Origin: an uncultured Aminipila sp. | GTDB taxonomy: Bacteria; Bacillota; Clostridia; Peptostreptococcales; Anaerovoracaceae | Reading direction: 5' to 3' | NCBI GenBank assembly: GCA_963524205.1 | Contig: CAURED010000003.1 | Location: 129,599-193,598, forward strand | Length of the DNA stretch: 64,000 nt | In this document: positions 26,837 through 38,243 of the stretch, piece by piece | How the letters are laid out: each line of letters begins with the position of its first letter | Numbering within the stretch: position 1 is the first letter of the stretch | Program-made: the position numbers and the translations under genes | Notes under the pieces: generated by a model | Told to the model about the DNA's origin: nothing | Seen by the model: only the letters and a program-made list of their open reading frames with translations | Database searches by the model: none

Positions 26837-26930
26837 AAAGTAATATCCTCCGTTTGTTTCAATATATTATATGTCAATCTTTATCATTCTATCATAGATT
26901 TCCAGTTATTTTATTATATACAACAGAAGC

Positions 26931-26960
26931 CGCACTAGCAATTATTTAACTGCCAGTGCG
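26931..26960 (-). terminator. weak terminator after purD
   Basis: Stem CGCACTGGCA / TGCTAGTGCG on the minus strand with one mismatch; poor U-tract. Confidence 0.35.
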
Positions 26961-27005
26961 ACATCAAAATCGAAATTTTTCACTATCCTAATTAAATTCA
27001 ATTTT

Positions 27006-28319
27006 TTATTTTCTTACAATCAGCCCAATATCGTTTCTATATTGCATTCCATCGAAACTAATTCTCTTTACATTATCAAAAGCTTTCTCTCTAGCCTGTT
27101 CGTGGGTATCTCCTAAAACAGCAACGCCTAGAACTCTGCCTCCATCAGTAACTACAACATTTTCATTTTCAGTTATGATTCCGCAGCCGTTGTCACCCAT
27201 ATGCACCGTTCTTTCTTCTGACTTTGTTCCAGCATGAAATACCATTACATCCTTATCCACTCGGTTAAGTCCGTGAATAATTTTTCCCTTTTCATAATCC
27301 CCTGGATATCCTCCTGAAGCAAGAACAACACACACTGCTTTCTGATCACTCCACTTTATGTTTACGTCATTAAGCTTATTGTCAACTACAGCATTAAATA
27401 TGTCAAATAGGTCTGTTTCTAATCGAAGCAATACCGACTGAGTTTCAGGATCTCCAAAACGATTATTGAATTCTATAACCTTTGGCCCGTTTTCGCCAAT
27501 CATCAGACCAATAAACAACACTCCTCTAAAATCCAGACTATCTTTCTGGAAACCTTCCAGCGTAGGATTTAAAATTTCAGTACGGATTCTTTCTTCCAGG
27601 TCTTTATTAAAAACCAGACTTGGCGAATAAGTCCCCATACCTCCTGTATTAGGTCCCTTGTCTCCGTCAAAAATTCTCTTATAATCCTGTGCAGATTCCA
27701 TAGGAATGATCGTATGTTCATCTACAAAGCAAAGCATGGAAGCCTCAATTCCAGTAAGGTATTCTTCAACGACAATTTTGTCTCCTGCAGAACCAAATAC
27801 CTTTTCTCCCATCATTTCTTCAATAGCTTTAACTGCTTCCTCTTCATTCTCTGCTATTACAACACCTTTTCCTGCAGCAAGCCCGTCAGCTTTTATTACC
27901 ATAGGATAGCCATAAATTCCAACTGATTTCAATATTTCCTCTTTATCCGTAAACTCTTTGTATCCTGCGGTTGGAATGTTATGTCTGTCAAGAAAGGCTT
28001 TAGTAAAGGCCTTGCTGGCTTCTAACTGAGCACATTTCTTATTTGGTCCAAAGGTTTTGACTCCTGCTTTTTCAAGTTCATCCACAATGCCCATAGCTAA
28101 AGGAACTTCAGGCCCTATAACAGCCAGATCTATCTCAGATTCCTTTGCAAATTTACATATCCCATCTATATCTTCTGCTTTTACAGCTATACACTCTGCA
28201 ACGTCTGCAATGCCTGCATTACCAGGTGCGCAATAGATTTTATCTACTTTAGGACTTTGTGTCAGCTTCCATGCAATAGCATGTTCACGGCCGCCACCGC
28301 CCACTATAAGTACCTTCAT
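27006..28319 (-). CDS. purD: phosphoribosylamine--glycine ligase
   Basis: MKVLIVGGGGREHAIAWKL and an ATP-grasp fold. Last gene of the pur operon. Confidence 0.95.
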   Translation of the reverse strand: MKVLIVGGGGREHAIAWKLTQSPKVDKIYCAPGNAGIADVAECIAVKAEDIDGICKFAKESEIDLAVIGPEVPLAMGIVDELEKAGVKTFGPNKKCAQLEASKAFTKAFLDRHNIPTAGYKEFTDKEEILKSVGIYGYPMVIKADGLAAGKGVVIAENEEEAVKAIEEMMGEKVFGSAGDKIVVEEYLTGIEASMLCFVDEHTIIPMESAQDYKRIFDGDKGPNTGGMGTYSPSLVFNKDLEERIRTEILNPTLEGFQKDSLDFRGVLFIGLMIGENGPKVIEFNNRFGDPETQSVLLRLETDLFDIFNAVVDNKLNDVNIKWSDQKAVCVVLASGGYPGDYEKGKIIHGLNRVDKDVMVFHAGTKSEERTVHMGDNGCGIITENENVVVTDGGRVLGVAVLGDTHEQAREKAFDNVKRISFDGMQYRNDIGLIVRK

Positions 28320-28364
28320 AACAAATCCCTCTCATAAATCAAATTTACTTCGCGCTATAACTTT

Positions 28365-29897
28365 TTAGTGCTTAAAATGGCGAACACCAGTAAAGACCAT
28401 GGCTATACCTAACTCATTAGCCTTCTTAATCGATTCCTCATCTCTAACAGACCCCCCCGGCTGAATGATAGCAGTTACTCCTGCTGCGGCTGCCGCTGTT
28501 ACACAATCATCAAATGGGAAGAACGCATCGGAAGCGAGTACAGAATCCTGAAGTGGAAAGTTTGACTGCTTGATAGCATTTTCAACTGCCCAAATTCTAT
28601 TTACCTGTCCAGGTCCAATTCCGAGAGTCTTATTATCCTTGGCAATTACAATACCGTTTGATTTAATATGCTTAACCACTTTCATGGCAAGTTTCATATC
28701 TTCTATCTCACGTTCTGTTGGAATTCTATCAGTAACAACCTTAAGCTCATCTTCAGCAAACAAAACATCATCTGTATCCTGAACAAGTAATCCTCCAGAA
28801 ACCTTTTTGATGTCAATCTGACCTTCTGACTTCTTTAAAATACCTTCAAGCTTTAACAGCCTGATATTCTTCTTCTGAGTTAAAATTTCCATAGCCTCTT
28901 CTGTAAAATCGGGCGCAATAATAATTTCAAGAAAAATCTTGCTTATTTGTTCTGCGGTGCCTGCATCAATCGTTCTATTGGCTGCAACTATGCCCCCGTA
29001 AATTGAGGTAGGGTCACATTCATAGGCTTTATTATAGGCTGAAAGGATATCAAATCCTGTTCCAACACCACATGGATTAGCGTGTTTTACTGCAACTACT
29101 GTAGGCTCTTCAAACTCCTTAAGAGTAGCAAGTGCACCCTGTGTATCATTAATATTATTAAAAGATAATTCTTTTCCGTGAAGCTGGACCGCATTGACAA
29201 GCGCACCTTCAGCAGCCTGTATTTCTTTGTAATAACAAGCCTTCTGATGAGGGTTTTCACCATATCTTAAATCCTGAACTTTTTCGAAAGTTAAGGTTAA
29301 GCTATCTGGAAGCTCTGCACCAATCTGCTTTCTTAAGTAATCTGAAATCATGGCATCATAAGCGGCTGTATGTTGAAATACTTTTAAAGCTAATCTATAC
29401 TTTGTATCCATAGAAACGCTATTGCTTTGCTTTAACTCCTCAATAACCTTTTTGTAATCTGCAGGATCGCAAATAACTACCACATCTCTGTGGTTCTTCG
29501 CTGCAGAGCGGAGCATGGTAGGGCCACCTATATCAATATTCTCAATGGCTTCCTCTAAAGTTACCCCTGATTTTAAAATTGTCTCTTTAAATGGATATAA
29601 GTTAATTGCAACAATATCAATGGTTTCTATTTGTAAATCCTCAAGCTGCTTCATATGTTCAGGCTTATCCCTCATAGCAAGAATACCGCCGTGAACTGAG
29701 GGATGCAGAGTCTTAACTCTGCCATCTAAGCATTCCGGGAAACCTGTAACTTCAGAAATCCCCATAACTTTTATACCGTTATCAGCCAGTCTCTGGTGAG
29801 TTCCACCTGTAGATATAATCTCAACTCCAAGTTCTGATAGTGCTTTAGCAAAATCAACTACACCTGTTTTATCAGAAACGCTTATTAATGCTCTCAT
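28365..29897 (-). CDS. purH: bifunctional AICAR formyltransferase / IMP cyclohydrolase
   Basis: [12 protein letters not shown] ... RVKTLHP ... full length, 510 aa. Confidence 0.95.
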   Translation of the reverse strand: MRALISVSDKTGVVDFAKALSELGVEIISTGGTHQRLADNGIKVMGISEVTGFPECLDGRVKTLHPSVHGGILAMRDKPEHMKQLEDLQIETIDIVAINLYPFKETILKSGVTLEEAIENIDIGGPTMLRSAAKNHRDVVVICDPADYKKVIEELKQSNSVSMDTKYRLALKVFQHTAAYDAMISDYLRKQIGAELPDSLTLTFEKVQDLRYGENPHQKACYYKEIQAAEGALVNAVQLHGKELSFNNINDTQGALATLKEFEEPTVVAVKHANPCGVGTGFDILSAYNKAYECDPTSIYGGIVAANRTIDAGTAEQISKIFLEIIIAPDFTEEAMEILTQKKNIRLLKLEGILKKSEGQIDIKKVSGGLLVQDTDDVLFAEDELKVVTDRIPTEREIEDMKLAMKVVKHIKSNGIVIAKDNKTLGIGPGQVNRIWAVENAIKQSNFPLQDSVLASDAFFPFDDCVTAAAAAGVTAIIQPGGSVRDEESIKKANELGIAMVFTGVRHFKH

Positions 29898-29940
29898 TTT
29901 TTATCCTCCAAATATGTCAATTAAATAATACTTTATTTTT

Positions 29941-30540
29941 TTACAATCTAGCATTTAGTTCTAAAATAACTTTATTTATAGCCTCTGTCAGAATCTCATG
30001 TTCTACCTTAAGTATTCGTGTACCTAAATCCTCGGAGGTATCTCCTTCTAAAACTGGTACTTTTCTCTGTATGATTATAGGACCAGTGTCAACTCCATCG
30101 TCCACAAAATGCACGGTAGCACCACTTTCCTTCTCACCTGCAGCGATAACTGCCTCGTGCACGTGATGTCCATAAAAACCCTTGCCGCAATATTTAGGAA
30201 TAAGCGATGGATGAATGTTTATTATCTTTCCTTTGTATGCTTTTACCAGTTCTGGTTCAAGAACACTCATATACCCTGCCAACACTACCAAGTCTGTTTT
30301 TTCCGCCTGTAATGCTGAAATAATTGCTTTCGTTCTTAGGGACATGACAGGGTACTGGCTTTTATCAATGACCATGGTCTTAATACCATGTTTTATTCCT
30401 CTTTCTAAAGCAAAGGCTTTTGAGTTGCTGGAGATAATACATGCAATTTCTGCATCCTTAATTTTGCCGGCTTCTATTGAGTCAATGACCGCCTGTAAGT
30501 TCGTACCTCCACCTGAAACTAGAACAGAAATCCTTAGCAT
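29941..30540 (-). CDS. purN: phosphoribosylglycinamide formyltransferase
   Basis: VLVSGGGTNLQA, INIHPSLIP and HFVD motifs. Confidence 0.92.
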   Translation of the reverse strand: MLRISVLVSGGGTNLQAVIDSIEAGKIKDAEIACIISSNSKAFALERGIKHGIKTMVIDKSQYPVMSLRTKAIISALQAEKTDLVVLAGYMSVLEPELVKAYKGKIINIHPSLIPKYCGKGFYGHHVHEAVIAAGEKESGATVHFVDDGVDTGPIIIQRKVPVLEGDTSEDLGTRILKVEHEILTEAINKVILELNARL

Positions 30541-31565
30541 AAAGTTACCCCTTCACCCTCAATGATTTCTCCGATAATATCAGCCGTTTCTCCTGCAGTT
30601 CTAAGTGTTTCAACTACTGCTTCTGCCTCAGATTCTGGGACAATCATCATCATTCCTACACCCATGTTGTAAGTTGAAAACATATCCACTTGCTCAATAC
30701 TTCCACACTGCTTGATATAAGAGAAAATAGCAGGGACTTCCCATGTTCCAACATTTATCTTTACTCCAAGCCCTTTTGGAATAATCCTTGGAATATTTTC
30801 GAAGAAGCCGCCTCCAGTAATGTGGATAATTCCATTTGCCTGATGCTTACTTAAAACAGAATTACAAGCATTTGCATATATTTTTGTAGGGGTAAGCAAT
30901 GCTTCTCCTAAAGTCATACCTAATTCTTCAACATAATCTGTAACTTTCATTTGCATCTTATCAAAAAATACTTTTCTCACAAGAGAATAACCATTACTGT
31001 GAATTCCGCTGGAAGCTATACCGATAACTTTGTTTCCCTTTGTAATATTTGCCCCAGTAATCATTTTATTTCTGTCTACAACGCCTACAGAGAAACCAGC
31101 CATATCATACTCACCATCTTGATAAAAATCCGGCATTTCAGCAGTTTCGCCTCCTACCAGTGCGCTTCCGCTCTGATAACAGCCATCTGCTATTCCCTTA
31201 ACAATTTCTGCTATTTTCTCAGCTTGCACTTTTCCAGTTGCTATATAATCTAAGAAGAATAGCGGCTTTGCTCCCTGGCAAAGTACATCATTTACGCACA
31301 TGGCTACGCAGTCAATACCTACTGTATCATGCTTATCCATTAGAAATGCAATCTTCAACTTTGTTCCAACACCGTCTGTTCCCGAAACTAAAACGGGCTC
31401 AGTCATGCTGGAGGTGTCAAGCTTAAATAAACTTCCAAATCCACCAAGTCCTGTAAGAACGTTTTCATTAAAGGTTTTCTTTACATGTGGTTTCATTAAA
31501 TCTACGGCTCTTTCGCCCTCTTTAGTATCCACTCCAGCATCTTTATAAGTTAGTTTGGTATCCAT
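30534..31565 (-). CDS. purM: phosphoribosylformylglycinamidine cyclo-ligase (AIR synthetase)
   Basis: YKDAGVD, GTDGVGTKL and DYIA motifs. Confidence 0.95.
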   Translation of the reverse strand: MDTKLTYKDAGVDTKEGERAVDLMKPHVKKTFNENVLTGLGGFGSLFKLDTSSMTEPVLVSGTDGVGTKLKIAFLMDKHDTVGIDCVAMCVNDVLCQGAKPLFFLDYIATGKVQAEKIAEIVKGIADGCYQSGSALVGGETAEMPDFYQDGEYDMAGFSVGVVDRNKMITGANITKGNKVIGIASSGIHSNGYSLVRKVFFDKMQMKVTDYVEELGMTLGEALLTPTKIYANACNSVLSKHQANGIIHITGGGFFENIPRIIPKGLGVKINVGTWEVPAIFSYIKQCGSIEQVDMFSTYNMGVGMMMIVPESEAEAVVETLRTAGETADIIGEIIEGEGVTLC

Positions 31566-31576
31566 AGTTTCCTCCG

Positions 31577-33004
31577 TTAATCTTCAAATCTCATACCTAA
31601 TTCAGGCAGTTCCATAGGATAATCACCTGTAAAACAGGCGGTACAAACATTTTCATTACCTAAACCTATGGCTTCTATCATTCCTTCCACACTGATATAT
31701 CCTAATGAATCCGCCCCCATACCTTTTCTAATTTCTTCTATGGTATGAGTAGCCGCTATAAGTTTGCTTTTATCTGGTGTGTCTATTCCAAAGAAACAAG
31801 GATCTGTTACTGGTGGTGAAGCCACTCTTACATGTACCTCTTTAGCTCCTGCGTCCTTAAGCATCTTTACAATTTTAGCACTTGTGGTTCCTCTGACAAT
31901 AGAATCATCAATCATGATTACTCTTTTTCCAGCAACATTTTCCTTTAGAACATTCAGCTTTAATTTTACACTCAATTCTCTCATTCTCTGATCTGGCTGA
32001 ATAAAGGTTCTTCCCACATATCTGTTCTTTATAAAACCTTCTCCATAAGGTATACCCGATTCTTTTGCATATCCAATTGCTGCTACTGTTCCAGAGTCAG
32101 GTACTGATATGACTACATCACCTTCCACCGGATGTTCCTTGGCAAGGATTTTTCCGCACAGATTTCTTGCAGTATAAACATTCCTCTTATCTATATCGCT
32201 GTCAGGTCTTGAAAAGTATACGTATTCAAAAGCACAAGAAGCTCTTCTGCACCCCTTGGCATAAGTATAGGATTTAATTTCATTGTTTTCAATTACAACC
32301 ATTTCGCCAGGTTCCACATCACGAATCATCTGTGCTCCCAAAAGTGAAAAAATACAACTCTCTGAAGATAACACAAACCCTCTGGCCGTTTTCCCTATGC
32401 AAAGAGGTCTGATTCCATTGGGGTCACGCACACCAATGAGCTTGTTTCCAGAGGTTATCACTAAAGCATATGCTCCCTTTACAACCTGCAAAGTCTGGGT
32501 TATAGCCTCTTCGATGCTGCTGTTCTTCAAATGCTTTGCAATAAGCGCTGCAATAACTTCAGAGTCTATGGAAGTTTGAAAGATAACACCGTTGTCCTGC
32601 ATTTCTTCTCTTAGGATTCTAGCATTTACCAAATTCCCATTATGTGCCAAAGCTAAAGCCCCACCCTTATGGTAAACAACCAGAGGCATTGCATTAGAAG
32701 CATGGCTTTCCCCTGCAGTACTGTATCTTACATGACCAATAGCAATATCTCCCTGCAATCTTTCAATAATCTCGTCGTTAAAAATTTCCTGTACCAGTCC
32801 CATTTCCTTATAGTACTGTATTTTTCCTCCAAGATTCACTGCAATGCCAGCACTCTCCTGTCCTCTATGCTGTAATGAATGTAGTCCAAAATAGACGGAA
32901 CGGGCATTATGCTTATTACCAGGCTCATAAACGCCTACTACTCCACATTCATCGTGAAATTTTTCATCTTCAAAAGTTTTTAATTCCTGGTTAATATCAA
33001 TCAT
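31577..33004 (-). CDS. purF: amidophosphoribosyltransferase
   Basis: Propeptide followed by CGVVGV (Ntn Cys) and a PRTase motif (VIMIDDSIVRGTT). GGAGAAG RBS before ATG 33004. The ORF-track TTG at 33043 lacks an RBS. Confidence 0.95.
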   Translation of the reverse strand: MIDINQELKTFEDEKFHDECGVVGVYEPGNKHNARSVYFGLHSLQHRGQESAGIAVNLGGKIQYYKEMGLVQEIFNDEIIERLQGDIAIGHVRYSTAGESHASNAMPLVVYHKGGALALAHNGNLVNARILREEMQDNGVIFQTSIDSEVIAALIAKHLKNSSIEEAITQTLQVVKGAYALVITSGNKLIGVRDPNGIRPLCIGKTARGFVLSSESCIFSLLGAQMIRDVEPGEMVVIENNEIKSYTYAKGCRRASCAFEYVYFSRPDSDIDKRNVYTARNLCGKILAKEHPVEGDVVISVPDSGTVAAIGYAKESGIPYGEGFIKNRYVGRTFIQPDQRMRELSVKLKLNVLKENVAGKRVIMIDDSIVRGTTSAKIVKMLKDAGAKEVHVRVASPPVTDPCFFGIDTPDKSKLIAATHTIEEIRKGMGADSLGYISVEGMIEAIGLGNENVCTACFTGDYPMELPELGMRFED

Positions 33005-33072
33005 TAATCTTCTCCAATTTTCTAATCTACTAAATAAAGCCAAAATCTAAGTGCGCAGAACTTAAACAGTCC

Positions 33073-33777
33073 CTATTTCTGCACTCTGTTAAATACTTCC
33101 TGGTAAGTCTCCTCAACATTTCCAAGATCTCTTCTAAATCTGTCTTTGTCCATTTTTTCATTTGTATTTACATCCCAAAGTCTACAAGTATCAGGAGAAA
33201 TTTCATCTGCAAGGATTACATTTCCATCATATAGTCCAAATTCTATCTTAAAGTCGATAAGCTTTAAATCTCTATCTAAGAAAAATTCCTTTAATGCTTC
33301 ATTTACTGCATACGCATATTTTTTAACATCTGCAAGCTGCTCCGCTGTTGATAATTCTAGTGCCAGAATGTGGTCATCATTAATCAGCGGATCTCCTAAT
33401 TCATCATTCTTATAAGAGAATTCAAGTACGGGCTGTTTGAAAGCAATACCTTCTTCTACACCATATCTCTTTGAGAAGGAACCTGCTGATACATTTCTGA
33501 TAATTACTTCAAGCGGAAGAATCTTTACAGCTTTAACTAGTGTTTCTCTTTCATTTAGCTGCTCTACCAGGTGTGTAGGAATTCCCTTTTCTTCTAACAT
33601 TTTAAAAATAATATTTGCCATAGTATTGTTTACTACGCCTTTGCCAGCAATCTGACCTTTCTTAAGTCCATTAAATGCAGTTGCATCATCTTTATAATCA
33701 ACAATAAACAGCTTTGGATCATCTGTCTTATAAACCTTCTTTGCTTTTCCTTCATATACCATTTCTAACTTCTTCAT
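33073..33777 (-). CDS. purC: phosphoribosylaminoimidazole-succinocarboxamide synthase
   Basis: YEGKAKKVY ... LADEISPDTCRLWD. Confidence 0.95.
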   Translation of the reverse strand: MKKLEMVYEGKAKKVYKTDDPKLFIVDYKDDATAFNGLKKGQIAGKGVVNNTMANIIFKMLEEKGIPTHLVEQLNERETLVKAVKILPLEVIIRNVSAGSFSKRYGVEEGIAFKQPVLEFSYKNDELGDPLINDDHILALELSTAEQLADVKKYAYAVNEALKEFFLDRDLKLIDFKIEFGLYDGNVILADEISPDTCRLWDVNTNEKMDKDRFRRDLGNVEETYQEVFNRVQK

Positions 33778-33795
33778 TTTCCGTTCCTCCTTATT

Positions 33796-34275
33796 CTATT
33801 TATTAAATTCTGCATCAAGTGCAATAATATCTTCTTCCATTTTTGCTTTATAAGCTTTTATTTTCTGTCTGAGTTCAGGGTATTTAATACTTAACATTTG
33901 GATTGCCAAAAGAGCTGAATTTTCAGCTCCATCAATGGCCACTGTGGCAACAGGCACACCTTTTGGCATCTGAACTACCGAAAGCAGAGAATCAAGACCA
34001 TCCATAGTGCTTGACTTCATTGGAATACCTATAACAGGAAGTGGGGTTGTTGCTGCTAACACTCCTGCAAGATGCGCTGCCTTTCCTGCTGCTGCAATAA
34101 TCAGTTCTATCCCTTTTTCTTCCGCAGTTCTTGCAAACTCCTCTGCAACTCTTGGTGTTCTGTGAGCTGAAATAATTCTTGTTTCAACCTCCACTCCAAA
34201 TTCCTTGAATATATCTTCGGCCTTCTGTACTACTGGGTAGTCAGATTTACTTCCCATTACTATTGCTACCTTCAT
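33796..34275 (-). CDS. purE: 5-(carboxyamino)imidazole ribonucleotide mutase
   Basis: VAIVMGSKSD ... SAHRTP ... AGKAAHLAG. Confidence 0.95.
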   Translation of the reverse strand: MKVAIVMGSKSDYPVVQKAEDIFKEFGVEVETRIISAHRTPRVAEEFARTAEEKGIELIIAAAGKAAHLAGVLAATTPLPVIGIPMKSSTMDGLDSLLSVVQMPKGVPVATVAIDGAENSALLAIQMLSIKYPELRQKIKAYKAKMEEDIIALDAEFNK

Positions 34276-34288
34276 CTAACCAGTCCTC

Positions 34289-37200
34289 CTATTTAAAATA
34301 CTCCACTCCGGATTGAAATATCTTCTGATCCTTATTGCCTTCAACATTCTTGTATACATACTGTCCAATTCGTTCAGAATGTCCCATCTTACCAAACACT
34401 CTGCCATCAGGAGAAGTGATGCCTTCAATAGCCAGAGTTGAGTAGTTTGGATTAAAAGTTATGTCCATAGATGGCTGTCCTGTAAAATCAACGTACTGAG
34501 TTGCAACTTGGCCATTTTCAATTAGTTTTTTAACTACATCATCCTTAGCAATAAATCTGCCTTCACCATGTGAAATGGCAATTGTATGAATGTCATTTAC
34601 CTCTACTCCTGAAAGCCAAGGAGACTTTGTAGACGCGATTCTCGTGTTCACTAAGCAGGATGCATGTCGTCCTATCTTGTTATACGTAAGAGTCGGTGCA
34701 TTTTCATCTGTCTCCACAATCTTTCCATAAGGTACAAGTCCCAGCTTTATAAGGGCCTGGAATCCATTACAAATCCCAAGCATCAAACCATCTCTATTTT
34801 CTAGAAGGTCCGTTACTGCCTCCTTCACTGCAGGATTTCTAAATACCGCAGTAATAAATTTTGCAGAACCATCTGGTTCGTCTCCACCTGAGAACCCTCC
34901 AGGAATGAATATGATCTGACTTTGTCTAATCTTCTGTTCAAGCTCATTTATAGAATCAGTTAACTGAGTCTGCGTCATATTTCTCATGATATGGATATCT
35001 GCTTGTGCTCCCTCTCTGTCAAACGCCCTCTTTGAGTCCATCTCACAATTAGTTCCAGGGAATGCAGGTATCAATACCCTTGGCTTTGCAATCTTTATAG
35101 CAGGTACTACTCTGTTCTTCGCCTCATAAGTAAAACTTGGAACCGCTGTCTTATCCAGTGAATTCTTAAAATCAGCTGTTTTTACAGGGAATACACCTTC
35201 CAGTGGTTTTGTCCACTGCATTATAATGTCATCCAGTTCCATTTCAAAAGCAGCTGAATCAGAATTCTTATTTTCATCGGTTGCCGGAATTACGATTCTT
35301 TGTCTTTCCTGAGTATGCCCAATAACTTTGTAACTAAGCCCGTCAAACATCTCTTCTACATTGGTATCCCCAGTTACTTCAAGAATCAATGACCCGTAAG
35401 CCTGTTCGTGCAGTTCCTTTTTACTGATATGCTCAAGTGTAACACCAATCTTATTTCCAACTGCCATCTTAACCACAGAAATAAATATGCCACCTCTTCC
35501 AACCGTGTTTGCAGAAAGAATTCTGCCTTCTTTGGTAAGCTCACCAACTCTTGTCATATTTTTTCTATACATGTCAAAATCTAAGATTTTATCTTTATTG
35601 TATTTGATTGAAAGATATACCAGCTTACTGTTCTTTTTCTTCAATTCTGTAGAAACGACCTCGGATGCATCTGTTACAGCCACCGCGAAAGATACTAGCG
35701 TTGGTGGAACGTTAATGTCCATAAATGTACCAGACATGCTATCCTTCCCACCAATAGCAGGAATACCCAATTCCTTCTGTACCTTCAACGCTCCCAAAAG
35801 TGCCATAAAAGGTTTACTCCAGCTTTCAGGATTATCCGTCATCCTTTCAAAGTATTCCTGAAAAGTAAGTCTGACCTTTTTGTAATCTCCTCCCATTGCT
35901 ACAATCTTTGTTACAGAATCAATAACGGCGTACAAAGCCCCATGATAAGGAGAGAGTTTAGCAATCTGTGGATCAAATCCATAAGTCATAAGGGTAGCTG
36001 TTGTTGTTTCACCCTTCATAACAGGTAATTTGCAAGCCATACCTGCTGCTGGCGAAAGCTGATATTTACCACCCAGCGGCATTAGAACAGTAGAAGCTCC
36101 AATTGTGCTGTCAAACCGTTCAATCAAACCCTTCTGGCTACAGCAGTTCAGGTCAGTTAAATGCTGCGTAACCTCTTTAATACTTTCTTTATCCATTGCT
36201 GAAATATTTATATTATCTTTTACGAATACTTTTGCTTCCTGAGTTGCACCATTTGTATTTAAGAAATCCCTGCTTAAATCTAAAATGCATTTTTCTCTCC
36301 AAAACATTCTGAAGCGTCCAGTATCTGTAACCTTTGCTACCGCCACTGCTTCAAGATTTTCTTCTTGTGCATAAGCAATAAATTTATCTGCATCCTCTTT
36401 TGAAACTACTACTGCCATTCTCTCCTGTGATTCTGAAATAGCAAGTTCTGTTCCATCAAGGCCTTCATATTTCTTTAGAACCAAATCAAGATTTATATCA
36501 AGACTGTCTGCCAGTTCTCCAATTGCTACAGAAACACCACCTGCTCCAAAGTCATTACATCTCTTAATTATGGTTGCAACTTCCTTTCTTCTGAACATTC
36601 TCTGGATATTTCTCTCTACTGGAGGATTTCCTTTTTGAACTTCTGCTCCACAGTTTAAAATAGAATCTTCCGTGTGCTCCTTAGAAGAACCAGTCGCACC
36701 GCCACAGCCGTCTCTTCCAGTTCTTCCGCCCACAAGCACTATAACATCACTTTCTAAAGGAGTCTCTCTTCTAACATGAGCTGCTGGAGCAGCACCTATA
36801 ACAGCGCCTATTTCCATACGCTTTGCTACATAGCCTTCATCATAAATCTCTGATACCTGGCCCGTAGCAAGTCCAATTTGATTTCCATACGAACTATATC
36901 CTGCTGCCGCACCCTGAGTAATTTTTCTTTGAGGTAGCTTTCCCTGTAATGTTTCTTCAATAGGTTTTCTAGGATCTGCTGAACCAGTTACCCTCATAGC
37001 CTGATAAACATAAACTCTTCCGGAAAGCGGATCTCTGATAGCTCCGCCTAGACAAGTAGCAGCTCCACCAAATGGTTCAATTTCAGTGGGATGGTTATGG
37101 GTTTCGTTTTTAAACATGACCAGCCAATCCTCATCTTGGCCATCTATATTAGCCTTTACTTTTATACTGCATGCATTAATTTCCTCAGACTCATCAAGAT

Positions 37201-38095
37201 CATTAACCATACCTTTTTTCTTTAGGTACTTTGCGCCGATGCAGGCAAGATCCATCAAGCAAATGTCTTTGCCGCCTTCTTCAGAAGATTTATGCGCTCT
37301 TTCTCCATAAACTTCATTTCTCATTGCAAGGTATTCATCAAAAGCTTTTTCAATTAAGTGAGCATATTCCCCCTCTTCAAACTGGATGTCGGTCAGCTTT
37401 GTCATAAAAGTTGTATGTCTGCAATGGTCAGACCAGTAAGTATCAATAACTTTTAACTCTGTAATACTAGGATTACGTTTTTCATCATTCTTAAAATAAT
37501 TCTGAATAAACAGGATATCCTTGGTACTCATAGCAAAGCCTTTTTCTTTTCTGTAAGCTTCTAACTCTTCTGCCTGCAAGTCTGTAAATCCTTCTACTAC
37601 GGTCACGTCTTCAGGAATCATACTTTCCATATTTAGATTCTCAGGCTTTTCCATAGAAGCTTCCTGGGAATCAACTGGATTAATGCAGTAATTCTTAACC
37701 GCTAAAAACTGTTCCTCTGTAATATCCCCTTGCAAAATAATAACTTTTGCAAATTTTACAAGCGGCTGAGCCTTAGCATTCATCATTTTTATACACTGTG
37801 CTGCTGAATCAGCTCTCTGATCATACTGCCCTGGTAAGAACTCTACTGCAAATATATTTTTACCTAAGCCTTCTGGCATATTTTCTTCATACACATAGTC
37901 AATCGCAGGTTCTGCAAATACTGTGTATTTGGAACCTTCATAGGTATTTTGATCTATTCCCTCTATATGATATCGATTTAAAACTCGAACGTTCGTCAAT
38001 CCTTCCAGATGAAGGTTCTGTCTGATGTCTTCTCCCAGTCCCTGAGCCTCGACATCAAAGCCTTTCTTTTTTTCAACAAATATACGTTTTACCAT
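34289..38095 (-). CDS. purL: phosphoribosylformylglycinamidine synthase, single-chain large form (synthetase + glutaminase)
   Basis: 1268 aa. The C-terminal GATase has ICNGFQ and HGEGRF motifs. Confidence 0.95.
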   Translation of the reverse strand: MVKRIFVEKKKGFDVEAQGLGEDIRQNLHLEGLTNVRVLNRYHIEGIDQNTYEGSKYTVFAEPAIDYVYEENMPEGLGKNIFAVEFLPGQYDQRADSAAQCIKMMNAKAQPLVKFAKVIILQGDITEEQFLAVKNYCINPVDSQEASMEKPENLNMESMIPEDVTVVEGFTDLQAEELEAYRKEKGFAMSTKDILFIQNYFKNDEKRNPSITELKVIDTYWSDHCRHTTFMTKLTDIQFEEGEYAHLIEKAFDEYLAMRNEVYGERAHKSSEEGGKDICLMDLACIGAKYLKKKGMVNDLDESEEINACSIKVKANIDGQDEDWLVMFKNETHNHPTEIEPFGGAATCLGGAIRDPLSGRVYVYQAMRVTGSADPRKPIEETLQGKLPQRKITQGAAAGYSSYGNQIGLATGQVSEIYDEGYVAKRMEIGAVIGAAPAAHVRRETPLESDVIVLVGGRTGRDGCGGATGSSKEHTEDSILNCGAEVQKGNPPVERNIQRMFRRKEVATIIKRCNDFGAGGVSVAIGELADSLDINLDLVLKKYEGLDGTELAISESQERMAVVVSKEDADKFIAYAQEENLEAVAVAKVTDTGRFRMFWREKCILDLSRDFLNTNGATQEAKVFVKDNINISAMDKESIKEVTQHLTDLNCCSQKGLIERFDSTIGASTVLMPLGGKYQLSPAAGMACKLPVMKGETTTATLMTYGFDPQIAKLSPYHGALYAVIDSVTKIVAMGGDYKKVRLTFQEYFERMTDNPESWSKPFMALLGALKVQKELGIPAIGGKDSMSGTFMDINVPPTLVSFAVAVTDASEVVSTELKKKNSKLVYLSIKYNKDKILDFDMYRKNMTRVGELTKEGRILSANTVGRGGIFISVVKMAVGNKIGVTLEHISKKELHEQAYGSLILEVTGDTNVEEMFDGLSYKVIGHTQERQRIVIPATDENKNSDSAAFEMELDDIIMQWTKPLEGVFPVKTADFKNSLDKTAVPSFTYEAKNRVVPAIKIAKPRVLIPAFPGTNCEMDSKRAFDREGAQADIHIMRNMTQTQLTDSINELEQKIRQSQIIFIPGGFSGGDEPDGSAKFITAVFRNPAVKEAVTDLLENRDGLMLGICNGFQALIKLGLVPYGKIVETDENAPTLTYNKIGRHASCLVNTRIASTKSPWLSGVEVNDIHTIAISHGEGRFIAKDDVVKKLIENGQVATQYVDFTGQPSMDITFNPNYSTLAIEGITSPDGRVFGKMGHSERIGQYVYKNVEGNKDQKIFQSGVEYFK

Positions 38096-38180
38096 ATGAG
38101 TGTTCCTTTCTCCGTATGATTATCGGATTTTTTCTTATCATTGTTCGTATTTTTATTTTTCATTTGGTCTTTACGCTTAA

Positions 38181-38209
38181 AGATTAGCATATTTTTTTAT
38201 CTTGTACAA
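38181..38209 (-). promoter_or_regulatory. pur operon promoter
   Basis: Minus strand reads TTGTAC (38204..38209), 17 nt, TGcTAATCT (-10 at 38181..38186), about 85 nt upstream of the purL ATG. Confidence 0.45.
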
Positions 38210-38243
38210 GAATTATCTTTGTTTTATAAAAAATATTTGTTAA